Of a DNA stretch of 16,687 nucleotides, positions 6,411 through 15,106 are shown piece after piece (position 1 is the stretch's first letter; every line of letters begins with the position of its first letter). The stretch comes from Candidatus Undinarchaeales archaeon. Its GTDB lineage: Archaea; SpSt-1190; JASMDC01. Location: the NCBI GenBank assembly GCA_030753015.1, contig JASMDC010000061.1, forward strand, positions 1 through 16,687, in the 5' to 3' direction. A program made the translations under genes and the position numbers. The notes below the pieces were generated by a model. That model searched no databases. It was not told where the DNA came from and saw only the letters and a list, made by a program, of their open reading frames with translations.

Positions 6411-8258
6411 TTAGAATCCCACCCACTGCCGCATGATGCGCTTCCAGATGAACTTGCGGGCATGCTCTATCAATTTGAACCTGATGGTAACGTACATCAG
6501 GCTGCCGGTCACCGAGAACAGGATGAGCAGGAACAGTGTCCGCTGGCGGAGCCGGTTCACATCCACCGCGCAAGTGCCGTCCTCCTGACGGACGTTGTCG
6601 TTCATGATCCCCTGGAACGTCCCCAGTTCTTCACACGCCTGTGGTATGCAGACGTTGCTCTCGCAGTAGAAGCCATTGATGCACCCGCAGTCGCTGCAGC
6701 ACCGTGCCCGCTCCACCTCGAGGCAGAGGGTGTCGCCGCACTTGATGTCGTACGCTCGTCGAGGCGCGCTGGTGAGGGTGCCCTCGAAGCTCATACCCTC
6801 CTTGAAGCTCATTCCGTCGGGGAGCGACATCGCCAGCCAGTCATCCCCCTGGGGGAGGCGGATGCGCCATTCGCCGGCGTTCTTCGTCCTGTTCAAGATG
6901 CTTGGAACGGTGAAAGTGACGATCTGCTCCTTGACCAGCATGCCCTCGATGGGCGTTACCTTGATATCATTGCCGTGGACCGTGCCGTTGAGCGGGGCGA
7001 GGAGGGCGGAATCCGTGGCGTTCTCCATCTGCCATTCCACCAGTGACAGCACGCCGTCGGGATTAGCGGATAGCACGTCGGCCTCGCCGTAGGCCTTCAT
7101 GTCCTCGACCTCGTGCAATCGGAGCACGGCATGGCCCGAGCCATCGGACAGGAGGCTGAGTGTGACGTTCCGCCGGGCATGCGGCGGGTGGAGCACCTCG
7201 AGCCGGTGCTGGCCCCCGCGGTACAAGCTGCCGTCCACATCCACGTTCATGACCGCCTCGTTGTGCATGATGTACTTGAGCCCGGGGGTTGCCGGAGCGC
7301 GTGTCCGGTACGCCACCACCTTGCGCTCGCCTGCGCCGAGAGTGAGGTTGACTGAGAGGATATTACCCACGCCGGGGACGTACACCGGCGCCAGCGCGCC
7401 GCCCAGGTACTCCAGACGCGGGTTCGTCGGCTCATCGAGCCGGACCTTCACGAGCTGTCCCCCCAGGTTCACGAGGGTGAAGTTGACCTGGAAGCCCTCG
7501 CCCTGGACGATCTTGTCGGGCATCGACCGGCTCATGGACAGCTTCGGGCGCTCGGACGCCCAGGTGATGAGCGAGCGGCCGATGGGGAGCTTCTCGCGGA
7601 GCACGCACAGTCTCCTTGAGCAGTTCAGGCCGGGGACCACGTGGATACCGGGGGTTTCCACATCGAACTTGAAGATGAACCACGTGAAGTCGTCGAACCG
7701 CGAGCCGTTGATCTCCAGGGCATAGGGGAATACCTCTTGGTAGACGGCCTCCTGCGGCGCGGCGGCGGTGTACACCAGGTCGTGCCGGGAGTAGGGGCCG
7801 AAGGGCAGCTCCCGGGTGTGCAGTGCCACTTTCTCCTCCCGAATCCCTGCGGCCTCCCGCGCCAGGTCAGCGCCCATGACCGAGACGTTCATGGGCCCCA
7901 GATCCTCGCTCAAGTGGTTTGCCAGCCGGATGGTGGCGGTGCGCACCACCGTGTCGTTGGGTCCGAGGACCACCTTGTAGAGCACCTCGTCCACGGTCAC
8001 GGTAGTGAGGTCCTGGGACCAGATGTCAGCACTACCCGTGTCGTTCGCCGGTGCCTCGGTGGCGTTGGCGGGGGCGTCGGTGGTGTTCGTCGGTGGCTCG
8101 GTGACGTTGGCGGGGGCGTCGGTGGTGTTCGTCGGTGGCTCGGTGACGTTGGCAGGGAGGTCAGTGGCGTTGACGTCTGCTGTCCCGTTGTCCACCTGGG
8201 CAGCTGTCAGTGACAGGAGGAGTAGGACCATCACAAGGAGTATCGTCGTGCGCGCCAT
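6411..8258 (-). CDS. Membrane-anchored surface (glyco)protein with Thr/Pro/Asn repeats, DUF11/Ig-like domain and Cys-rich module
   Basis: Signal peptide MARTTILLVMVLLLLSLTAA (ATG 8258, GGTGGTGA upstream). Many N-x-T sequons, KLSMSRS...GEGFQVNFTLVNLG...L..GERKVVAY (DUF11-like), CGDTLC...CCSDCGC...YC....C module, and a C-terminal TM TLFLLILFSVTGSLMYVTI followed by a basic tail. Confidence 0.75.
   Translation of the reverse strand: MARTTILLVMVLLLLSLTAAQVDNGTADVNATDLPANVTEPPTNTTDAPANVTEPPTNTTDAPANATEAPANDTGSADIWSQDLTTVTVDEVLYKVVLGPNDTVVRTATIRLANHLSEDLGPMNVSVMGADLAREAAGIREEKVALHTRELPFGPYSRHDLVYTAAAPQEAVYQEVFPYALEINGSRFDDFTWFIFKFDVETPGIHVVPGLNCSRRLCVLREKLPIGRSLITWASERPKLSMSRSMPDKIVQGEGFQVNFTLVNLGGQLVKVRLDEPTNPRLEYLGGALAPVYVPGVGNILSVNLTLGAGERKVVAYRTRAPATPGLKYIMHNEAVMNVDVDGSLYRGGQHRLEVLHPPHARRNVTLSLLSDGSGHAVLRLHEVEDMKAYGEADVLSANPDGVLSLVEWQMENATDSALLAPLNGTVHGNDIKVTPIEGMLVKEQIVTFTVPSILNRTKNAGEWRIRLPQGDDWLAMSLPDGMSFKEGMSFEGTLTSAPRRAYDIKCGDTLCLEVERARCCSDCGCINGFYCESNVCIPQACEELGTFQGIMNDNVRQEDGTCAVDVNRLRQRTLFLLILFSVTGSLMYVTIRFKLIEHARKFIWKRIMRQWVGF
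8063..8153 (-). repeat. 42-bp intragenic tandem repeat (2 perfect copies plus partial) encoding ANVTEPPTNTTDAP
   Basis: CGTTGGCGGGGGCGTCGGTGGTGTTCGTCGGTGGCTCGGTGA at 8063-8104 and 8105-8146, then CGTTGGC. Confidence 0.9.
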
Positions 8259-8260
8259 GA

Positions 8261-9826
8261 TCACCACCCCAGGTACCAGTAGGCCTCCTCGAACCGCTTG
8301 ACGTAATCCGTGGGCGTGTGTCGCCTGAGGTTCTTCGACTCGACCACGAACTTGAACCGCGTGATACTGCTCCCACCACCGATGCGCCATCTAACGAAGA
8401 ACAGGAACGAGGCGAAGGCGAAAGCGAACGATACTGCCATGAAGGTGCACTCGAACCCGTAGATCTCGCAAACGAGACCGGCGGGATGGAGGGTGACAGG
8501 GAAGGACTCGTTACCCGCCTCGAACCCACGGTAGTAGATTCGGCCGATGAGGTTGCATGCGAGTGGATCACGTGTAGCGGGCGTGCTCACATTGCACCGG
8601 TCGATACCGTACTCGCCCACATCGCACCGTCGGTCGAGCAACGTCTCGTTCCCCCCGCAGCGAAGGAAGAGCTCATAGGGAAGGCCCGGGTTTGTGAGAC
8701 TTGTGAACACGATTGTGCTGGCGTTCCCCTCGACGTCCTTTGTCACGGGTCGGAACTGCTCGAAACCCGGTGAGAACTCCCTCACCTCGATCTCCAGTGC
8801 CTCCTCCTGTTCGTCGCCGTCCGTGGAAAAGGTCACCAACCCCTCGTAGATGATCCTGCCCTCGTAGTCATGGAGGGGCAGGCGACCCAGGTCTAGGGGA
8901 CACGTGATCTTGTCGAGGACGTTGGTACAGAGCTGGTCCACCGAGAAGGTTTGGTTTACATAGGCCGTGTTGTTCCATGTGAGCTGGACCGAGATCGTGT
9001 TGTCCCGTCTGAGTATATCGTTCCACTTCTCGAGGGTCGTGTTGACGACCACGGGATCGTACTGGTTCACGAGCCGGGTGTAGTTGGTCAGGGTGAACAG
9101 GGGGTCTTCTGCGAACACGACCGCGAAGGGTGTCTCCAGGTAATCGACGATGCGAGCGCCCGACACTATCTCGAGGCGCGCCGTGTACCGTCCGCGCTCG
9201 TCGGGCACGTCCACGCTCACCGCGTGCCGGATGCTGCCCTGCATCTCACAGCTGAGGTCGATCGGCTGGTGGGAGCGGGCCACTACCTTCCGACCCGGTC
9301 CGAGCACGGATAGGGTCGCGTTGTAGCTCACCCCGTGCTCGGGGCGCCGGATGGTGTAGTCGAGATAGAGCTGCTCTCCAGGACCGAAGATATCCTTGGT
9401 CAGGCCCGCCTCGAGCTCGGTGTTGACGAAGAACACGGTGTGGATGTTGAAGGCGATCGACTCGGACACGGGGGATGTGACGTCGTAGGTGAAGTAGAGG
9501 GTGTGGTCGCCGGGGGTGCTGCATAGCGGGGCCTTCGTCATGATGGTGAACGCCCGCTCAATGTCCTTGCGCACCTCGAGCTTGGGCAGGCCGCCCGGAT
9601 AATCGGTCCCCCAGTGGTACCGGGCGTTCGTGCCGTTCTTCCGGTTGGCGATGCCGTACACGGGCTCGTCGATGAGACCGCGTACCGTGACCTTGTGGAC
9701 GCCCTGGTCACCGGGAAGGAGCACATGGTGGACGTTCTGCACATCGATGATGACCTGCTCGCCCGCAGAGACGCTCGCTAAGCACAGCGCGCACACGAGA
9801 ACGAGAGCAAGAAGCTTGGAAGGCAA
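8261..9826 (-). CDS. Membrane-anchored secreted protein with tandem beta-sandwich (Ig-like) domains
   Basis: Signal peptide MPSKLLALVLVCALCLASVSA (TTG start), beta-rich segments (e.g. FGPGEQLYLDYTI...GRYTARLEI), sequons, paired Cys, C-terminal TM FMAVSFAFAFASFLFFV and a ~40-aa cytoplasmic tail. Its stop lies 2 bp before the next start. Confidence 0.7.
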   Translation of the reverse strand: MPSKLLALVLVCALCLASVSAGEQVIIDVQNVHHVLLPGDQGVHKVTVRGLIDEPVYGIANRKNGTNARYHWGTDYPGGLPKLEVRKDIERAFTIMTKAPLCSTPGDHTLYFTYDVTSPVSESIAFNIHTVFFVNTELEAGLTKDIFGPGEQLYLDYTIRRPEHGVSYNATLSVLGPGRKVVARSHQPIDLSCEMQGSIRHAVSVDVPDERGRYTARLEIVSGARIVDYLETPFAVVFAEDPLFTLTNYTRLVNQYDPVVVNTTLEKWNDILRRDNTISVQLTWNNTAYVNQTFSVDQLCTNVLDKITCPLDLGRLPLHDYEGRIIYEGLVTFSTDGDEQEEALEIEVREFSPGFEQFRPVTKDVEGNASTIVFTSLTNPGLPYELFLRCGGNETLLDRRCDVGEYGIDRCNVSTPATRDPLACNLIGRIYYRGFEAGNESFPVTLHPAGLVCEIYGFECTFMAVSFAFAFASFLFFVRWRIGGGSSITRFKFVVESKNLRRHTPTDYVKRFEEAYWYLGW

Positions 9827-9851
9827 CCTATCGCAACACCACAGCGGGTAT

Positions 9852-9860
9852 CTTTATATC
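9852..9860. promoter_or_regulatory. Probable bidirectional TATA element between divergent operons
   Basis: CTTTATATC reads TTTATAT (+) and ATATAAAG (-), centred in a 57-bp gap about 25 bp from both start codons (9826 and 9884). Confidence 0.55.
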
Positions 9861-9883
9861 TCTTGCACGAAAGGAAGGCACTG

Positions 9884-11830
9884 ATGGCCACCCTGAAGCT
9901 CGACAGGAACCGGTGCACGAAGTGCGGGAAGTGCGTTGTCGCCTGTCCGAACAATGCCATCGTCATGCGGAACTTCCCGGCGTTCTGCAAGCACTGTGAG
10001 CTCAAGGCCGCACCGTGCTACCAGGCCTGTCCGCTGGGCGCCATCGCGGACGTCGGCAACGGTGTGCTCAAGGTGGACGTGAACCGCTGCGATCCCTACC
10101 AGTGCAAGAAGGAGTGCCAGAAGTGGTGCCAGTGGGACGGCGTGTTCGTGTTCGGCGACAAGGCCAAGAAGTGCGACCTGTGCTACGACTTCCAGAACCA
10201 GCCGAACTTCGTTCCCAAGTGCATCGAGGTGTGTGACGCCAAGGCCATCACCACCGACCTCATGCAGGAGGTCGTGCTCGACTACGCGGGATGGAGCGCT
10301 GAGACCATCCCCCAGGAGATCATCGCAGAGGTCCTCCAGAGCTTCACCTACGGCCAGGTCGTCAAGGTGCATGGCCAGCCGGTCCCGTACTACTACGTCA
10401 ACTCGCTGCCCCAGCTCACTGACTGGGCCCAGACCAAGCTCCTGGGTCTCACCATCAAGAAGTACATCGACACCGGCAAGGCGGACCAGGACCCCTTCTC
10501 CTCGCTGATGATGATCATGCGCAAGTCCGCCCAGTGGGTGGGCACCAGCGTGGACGAGAACCTGCTCAAGGAGCTTGCCAACATCGCTCTCATGAACACG
10601 AAGGGCTATGGGCCCTTCGACATCCTGCTTGAGGACGACCAGCTGGAGGAGGTGATGTGCATCGGCCTCGGAAAGGAGCGGCCGATGTATGTCTACCACC
10701 GCGAGTACGGGATGCTGCGTACCAACCTATTCTTCCCCGAGGAATACATGGACTTCACCACGGACCCGCCGGAGAAGAAGTCCGGCGAGGAGGTCCTGTG
10801 GAAGATCATCGAGAAGATGATCGAGCCTATGGGAGAGCGCATCGACCGCCAGCACCCCCGCGTAAACGCGCAGCTGCCGGACGGCTCCCGTCTCCATGCG
10901 TGCATCAAGCCCATGGGATTCTCCGGACCGTCGGTGACGATCCGAAAGTTCCGGGCCGCACCGTTCTCGCCCATCGACACCATCAGGTTCAACACAATCT
11001 CCCTGGAGGCCGTGGTGTATTGCTGGATCGCAATGGAGAGCGAGATCTCGATGATCGTGGCAGGCAACACCGGTTCCGGCAAGACCACCTCGCTCAACGC
11101 CTTCTCCACATTCATCCCTCCCGAGGAGCGCATCCTCATCCTCGAATCGACGCCCGAAATCAATCTGCCCCACCCGCACAAGGCACGTCTGGTCACCGTC
11201 AACAACGCGGACCCGCCCATAGGCATGCAGGACATCATCGAGGACACGCTACGTATGCGGCCCGACCGCGTGGTAGTAGGAGAGGTCCGGAGCGGTGCAG
11301 AGGCACAGGCCTTCATGAACTCGGTCCTGGCCGGTCAGGCCCGCGGCTCAATGTGCACATTCCACGCACAGGACGCCATTTCGGTCGTAAAGCGCATGAA
11401 GAACCCGCCTATGAACATCTCACCGCTCGACCTGCAGGTCCTGGACCTCATCTTCGTCCAGCGCCGCATGTCGCGGGTCGAGGGCAGCAAGCGGAAGCAG
11501 ATCCGTCGCGTCGTCGAGATCGCCGAGATCGACAAGCATCAGATGACCGACGAGGGCGTGCCGCTCATCCACACCATCTACCGCTACAATCCGGACACTG
11601 ACACCGTCGAGCGCGTGCACGCGGGGCTGTCCCCGCTGGAGGAGCGCATCTCCAAATACAACCTCTGCCTCGACGAGGGGCAATTCTGGGGCGAGGTGCA
11701 GGCCCGTACCAAGATGCTCAAGTACCTCATGGCCAACAACCTACGTGACATCAAGGTCTTCATGGACTACATCATCCGGTTCGGTACAGATCCTGCCTTC
11801 AAGCAGAGCATAATCAACATGGACATCTGA
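9884..11830 (+). CDS. Type II/IV secretion (TadA/CpaF/FlaI/VirB11-family) ATPase fused to an N-terminal four-cluster [4Fe-4S] ferredoxin domain
   Basis: N-terminus has 16 Cys in four groups: CTKCGKCVVACP, CKHC-x6-CYQACP, CDPYQCKKECQKWC, CDLC-x12-CIEVC. C-terminus has LPDGSRLHA, TIRKF, Walker A GNTGSGKTT (11063-11089), ILESTPEI, LRMRPDRVVVGEVR (Walker B) and His box TFHA. Single uninterrupted ORF. Confidence 0.92.
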   Translation: MATLKLDRNRCTKCGKCVVACPNNAIVMRNFPAFCKHCELKAAPCYQACPLGAIADVGNGVLKVDVNRCDPYQCKKECQKWCQWDGVFVFGDKAKKCDLCYDFQNQPNFVPKCIEVCDAKAITTDLMQEVVLDYAGWSAETIPQEIIAEVLQSFTYGQVVKVHGQPVPYYYVNSLPQLTDWAQTKLLGLTIKKYIDTGKADQDPFSSLMMIMRKSAQWVGTSVDENLLKELANIALMNTKGYGPFDILLEDDQLEEVMCIGLGKERPMYVYHREYGMLRTNLFFPEEYMDFTTDPPEKKSGEEVLWKIIEKMIEPMGERIDRQHPRVNAQLPDGSRLHACIKPMGFSGPSVTIRKFRAAPFSPIDTIRFNTISLEAVVYCWIAMESEISMIVAGNTGSGKTTSLNAFSTFIPPEERILILESTPEINLPHPHKARLVTVNNADPPIGMQDIIEDTLRMRPDRVVVGEVRSGAEAQAFMNSVLAGQARGSMCTFHAQDAISVVKRMKNPPMNISPLDLQVLDLIFVQRRMSRVEGSKRKQIRRVVEIAEIDKHQMTDEGVPLIHTIYRYNPDTDTVERVHAGLSPLEERISKYNLCLDEGQFWGEVQARTKMLKYLMANNLRDIKVFMDYIIRFGTDPAFKQSIINMDI

Positions 11831-11842
11831 GGACTCTATCGC

Positions 11843-13102
11843 ATGACGGACGACATGTTCTCGGTGAAGGCGGGCCACGACAGGTCCTGGAACCAGGAGG
11901 CACAGGACTGGTCCCAGACGCCCGGGCAAGCCAACCAGGGCTGGGGTGCGCCCGCCCCCGCCATGCAACAGCCCCAAAGCCATCCACCCGGGCCCATATC
12001 ACCGCCACCTGGGCCCACGCAACACGGACCTGGGCCCATGCCGCTCGGCCCCGGTCCTTCACCCATGGGAGGTGCAACGGCCCCCGTCGGTGGCGGCGAC
12101 TGGTACTCGACGTCCGTTGGTGAACAGACGCAGCAGACCACTGACGTCGAGGAGAAAGAGGCCGAGCAGCGCTCCCGGTTCAAGTTCATGGGCCCACTGC
12201 TCCTGCGCTTCGGCCCCGAGCGGATCAAGTGGTACCGCCAGGCCTGTGATGCCGTGGAATTCTTCATGTTCGCCGACGACTGGGTGCTTGTCGCCTCACT
12301 GATAGGCATCGCCGCCTTCGCTGTGGCGTTCCCTGTGCTCACCTCCCTCTCCGACGCCGCCATCATGATGGTCCTCATCCCCGTGACAGGGGGCGGTACG
12401 TTCGTCATCCTGCTCTCCTATCCCATCTTCAAGTTCGAGAACCGCAAGGACGATATCGAGACCAACCTCCCGGACGCCCTGTTCCAGATGTCGAGCAATC
12501 CGCCCCGGACCCACTTCGTGGAGCTGCTGACGGGCCTCACCAAGATCGGGTACGGAGCGCTGACCGACGAGCTGCGGGTCACGGTGAAGGAGATCGAGAA
12601 GGGCTCGTCCGTCAAGGAGGGCCTGGAGAAGCTCTCCGAGCGCAACCAGTCAAAGATCCTGGAGCGGGCCTGCTACCTACTCATCCGGGCGCAGGAGCAG
12701 GGTGTCGATATCGTCGAGGCCCTGGCCGCCCTGGCCACGGACATCAAGGAGACCAAATACCTCCTGCGTGAACAGGCCGCTTCGCTCCAGCTCCAGAAGA
12801 TCACCCTTATAGCAGCGGGCGCCGTCCTCATCCCCCTAATCCTCGGGTTCGTCGTGGGGCTGGCGCAGGCAATGGGCCAGTTCAGCGAGGACAAGGCGGA
12901 GATCATCACCGCCCAGGTCCAGACGGTGCAGCCCATCTTCCTCGGGTACGTGATCATCCACGCCCTCGAGGCGTGTCTGGCCATCGGACGCCAGGAGGGC
13001 GATATCAAGAAGAGCGTGTACTATGTTATACCGGTACTCCTGATCGCGATCATATTGTTTCAGTACGTGGCCCCTCAGGCCATGATGTTGTTCATGGGGT
13101 GA
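11843..13102 (+). CDS. TadC/GspF-family pilus platform membrane protein with Pro/Gly/Gln-rich N-terminal extension
   Basis: IETNLPDALFQMSS...GYGALTDEL...IEKGSSVKEGLEKLSERNQSKILER...G.DI.EAL..LA.DI is the T2SSF pattern. Several TM segments; directly downstream of the ATPase. Confidence 0.88.
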   Translation: MTDDMFSVKAGHDRSWNQEAQDWSQTPGQANQGWGAPAPAMQQPQSHPPGPISPPPGPTQHGPGPMPLGPGPSPMGGATAPVGGGDWYSTSVGEQTQQTTDVEEKEAEQRSRFKFMGPLLLRFGPERIKWYRQACDAVEFFMFADDWVLVASLIGIAAFAVAFPVLTSLSDAAIMMVLIPVTGGGTFVILLSYPIFKFENRKDDIETNLPDALFQMSSNPPRTHFVELLTGLTKIGYGALTDELRVTVKEIEKGSSVKEGLEKLSERNQSKILERACYLLIRAQEQGVDIVEALAALATDIKETKYLLREQAASLQLQKITLIAAGAVLIPLILGFVVGLAQAMGQFSEDKAEIITAQVQTVQPIFLGYVIIHALEACLAIGRQEGDIKKSVYYVIPVLLIAIILFQYVAPQAMMLFMG

Positions 13103-13108
13103 TTTGAG

Positions 13109-14032
13109 ATGGCGACATTCGGCGACGAGATGGAGGTGTACGAACAGGAGAGCACGTTCCGCCAGTTCTTGTTCCGTTTCAACCAGGCTTTCGCTATCTC
13201 GACCCGCATCCGGGAGAAGGACTTTAACGTGCTGTCCGTGGTCCTGCGCAAGGCGCGCATGGACTACGATCCCGGCGAGTACGTCACGCTCACCTACGTA
13301 GCGTGGCTCGCGTCGTTCCTCGGTGTGCTCCTCGTCGGAGGTATCTTCGTCATCGCGCTCGGTGACGTCGTAGGGTACACGAACATGATCGTGGGCGACG
13401 CTATCGCTGCCTTCTTCGTGAGCATGATCGTCTACTCCTACTCCAAGAGCTATCCCTACGGGGAGATCAAGGACATCGGCCTCAGGATCGAGGCGGAGCT
13501 GCCCTTCATGGTCCGGAACCTCGCCATCGAGCGCGAGATGGGCATCCCCATCAAGGACTCCTTTGAGAAGCTGGCCGAGGAGGAGGGGCTCCTGGGACAC
13601 GAATCGCGGGTCATCCTTGCCGAGATCGAGCGCGGGTACTCGGTGACCCAGGCACTGCGCGCGTCCTGCCAGCGCACTGATAGCCGGTTGTACGTGCGCA
13701 CCATGGCCCAGCTCACCCACGCCCTGGAGATAGGTACCGAGATCAAGTCGGTGCTCAACGCCATGGCAAAGGAGGCCGAGACCAACCTCCGCATCGCACT
13801 AAAAGAGTACTCGGGCAAGGTGTCCACCCTCTCCATCATGTACGTCATCGTGGCGGCCGTGGTCCCCGCCATCCTGGGTGCGGCGCTCATCCTATCGGTG
13901 CTCTTCGAGGAGGGCTCCACCCAGCTCCTCTCGGCGGACATGCTCATGATCCTTTATTGGGGCATCTTCCCCCTGATCAACTACACCATCCTGGCCATCA
14001 TGAAGCGGGGACAGCCGTACATCATGGTCTAA
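13109..14032 (+). CDS. Second TadC/GspF-family platform membrane protein
   Basis: IEAELPFMVRNLAIE..MGIP....FE...GLLGHE...IERGYSVTQAL....RTDS.L..R...QL..ALEIG T2SSF pattern, with TM segments at both ends. Confidence 0.88.
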   Translation: MATFGDEMEVYEQESTFRQFLFRFNQAFAISTRIREKDFNVLSVVLRKARMDYDPGEYVTLTYVAWLASFLGVLLVGGIFVIALGDVVGYTNMIVGDAIAAFFVSMIVYSYSKSYPYGEIKDIGLRIEAELPFMVRNLAIEREMGIPIKDSFEKLAEEEGLLGHESRVILAEIERGYSVTQALRASCQRTDSRLYVRTMAQLTHALEIGTEIKSVLNAMAKEAETNLRIALKEYSGKVSTLSIMYVIVAAVVPAILGAALILSVLFEEGSTQLLSADMLMILYWGIFPLINYTILAIMKRGQPYIMV

Positions 14033-14064
14033 GCCCCACTTGAGGGTGACCTGATGTGATCTAC

Positions 14065-14604
14065 ATGGAGCAGGAGTTACTCGACGGACGTGTGCTCGTA
14101 AAGGTGGGCGACCTCACCAAAGAGGACGTGGACGCCATCGTCAACGCCGCGAACTCCGGTCTGATGGGCGGAGGTGGCGTGGACGGCGCCATCCATCGGG
14201 CCGGTGGCAGGGCCATCCTTGATGAGTGCAAGCGAATCAGGGAGACGGATTGGCCAGAAGGTCTTCCCACCGGGCGCGCCGTCATCACCACCGGCGGAGA
14301 TCTCAAAGCACGTCACGTCATCCACACCGTGGGTCCTGTCTGGAGCGGTCGGCCCGGAAAGGACGAGCAGCTGGCCAGCTGTTATACCGAGTCGCTTCGA
14401 TTGGCTGCCGACCAAGGACTTCGGACGATCGCGTTCCCCGCCATATCCACAGGCATCTACCACTTCCCCAAGGACAGGGCTGCGCGTGTGGCGTCAGCTG
14501 CTGTCAAGGCATTTCTAGAAGAGAACGATAGTATCGAGCAGGTGAGGTTCGTGTTCTTCAGCGAGGGTGACGCGAGGACGTTCCTGGAGAACTCCGGGTT
14601 CTGA
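14065..14604 (+). CDS. ymdB: Macrodomain O-acetyl-ADP-ribose deacetylase / ADP-ribosylhydrolase (YmdB/MacroD type)
   Basis: GDLT, AIVNAANSGLMGGGGVDGAIH, VIHTVGP and FPAISTGIY motifs. Start ATG 14065 or GTG 14056. Confidence 0.92.
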   Translation: MEQELLDGRVLVKVGDLTKEDVDAIVNAANSGLMGGGGVDGAIHRAGGRAILDECKRIRETDWPEGLPTGRAVITTGGDLKARHVIHTVGPVWSGRPGKDEQLASCYTESLRLAADQGLRTIAFPAISTGIYHFPKDRAARVASAAVKAFLEENDSIEQVRFVFFSEGDARTFLENSGF

Positions 14605-14620
14605 GCGCACTGCCGGTTTC

Positions 14621-15052
14621 TTATCCTCGCACCTTGACGGATTCCAATGTCCTCCGGGCGAACCTGGCCGCGTCCTCGAGGTCACTCTCGTTCGGCCTGC
14701 CCCGGTTGATGATGAACAGGAACTGTCCATAGCACAAGAATCCGTCGAGATATTTACCGCCTGCCTTCTCGACTGCACTCCTCACATCGTCGAATTCGTA
14801 CGGGATAGCGGCGTGTGTGGAGAAGGGAGCGATGGTCTTACCCGATAGATCGTTCCGTTCGAGGAGAGCCTTCACGCTGTCATGGGCTGAACCCGCGTAC
14901 AAACCCGAGCCGAGGAACACTAGGTCCCCGTCTAGCGAGGAAACATCGTCGGGCCGCTGGACCTCGGCCCCTACCTCTCGCGCGATGCGGTCGGCCACTT
15001 TCTTCGTACCCCCGCTACGTGAATAGCAGATCACTTGGACCTTCATTGACAT
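14621..15052 (-). CDS. Flavodoxin
   Basis: YSRSGGTKKVA (FMN phosphate loop), LVFLGSGLYAG, IAPFSTHA, GRPNESDLEDAARFA. Confidence 0.88.
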   Translation of the reverse strand: MSMKVQVICYSRSGGTKKVADRIAREVGAEVQRPDDVSSLDGDLVFLGSGLYAGSAHDSVKALLERNDLSGKTIAPFSTHAAIPYEFDDVRSAVEKAGGKYLDGFLCYGQFLFIINRGRPNESDLEDAARFARRTLESVKVRG

Positions 15053-15106
15053 TACAATGCATGCTAGAAAAGCGAACTGATAAGACTCCTCACTTTGGAG
15101 ACGTGC

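Noticed and set aside
8259-8390. N-terminal extension of the 659-aa ORF
   Set aside because: It overlaps the upstream gene, and the signal peptide and SD-like motif place the start at 8258.
6411-9826. Surface proteins as type IV pilins
   Set aside because: The N-termini look like ordinary Sec signal peptides without the K/R-G/A-Q class III cleavage motif, and both have C-terminal anchors.
9884-14032. Archaellum motor (FlaI/FlaJ)
   Set aside because: There are two separate single-domain platform genes and no archaellin, FlaH, FlaF or FlaG, which fits a Tad/T4P-like system instead.
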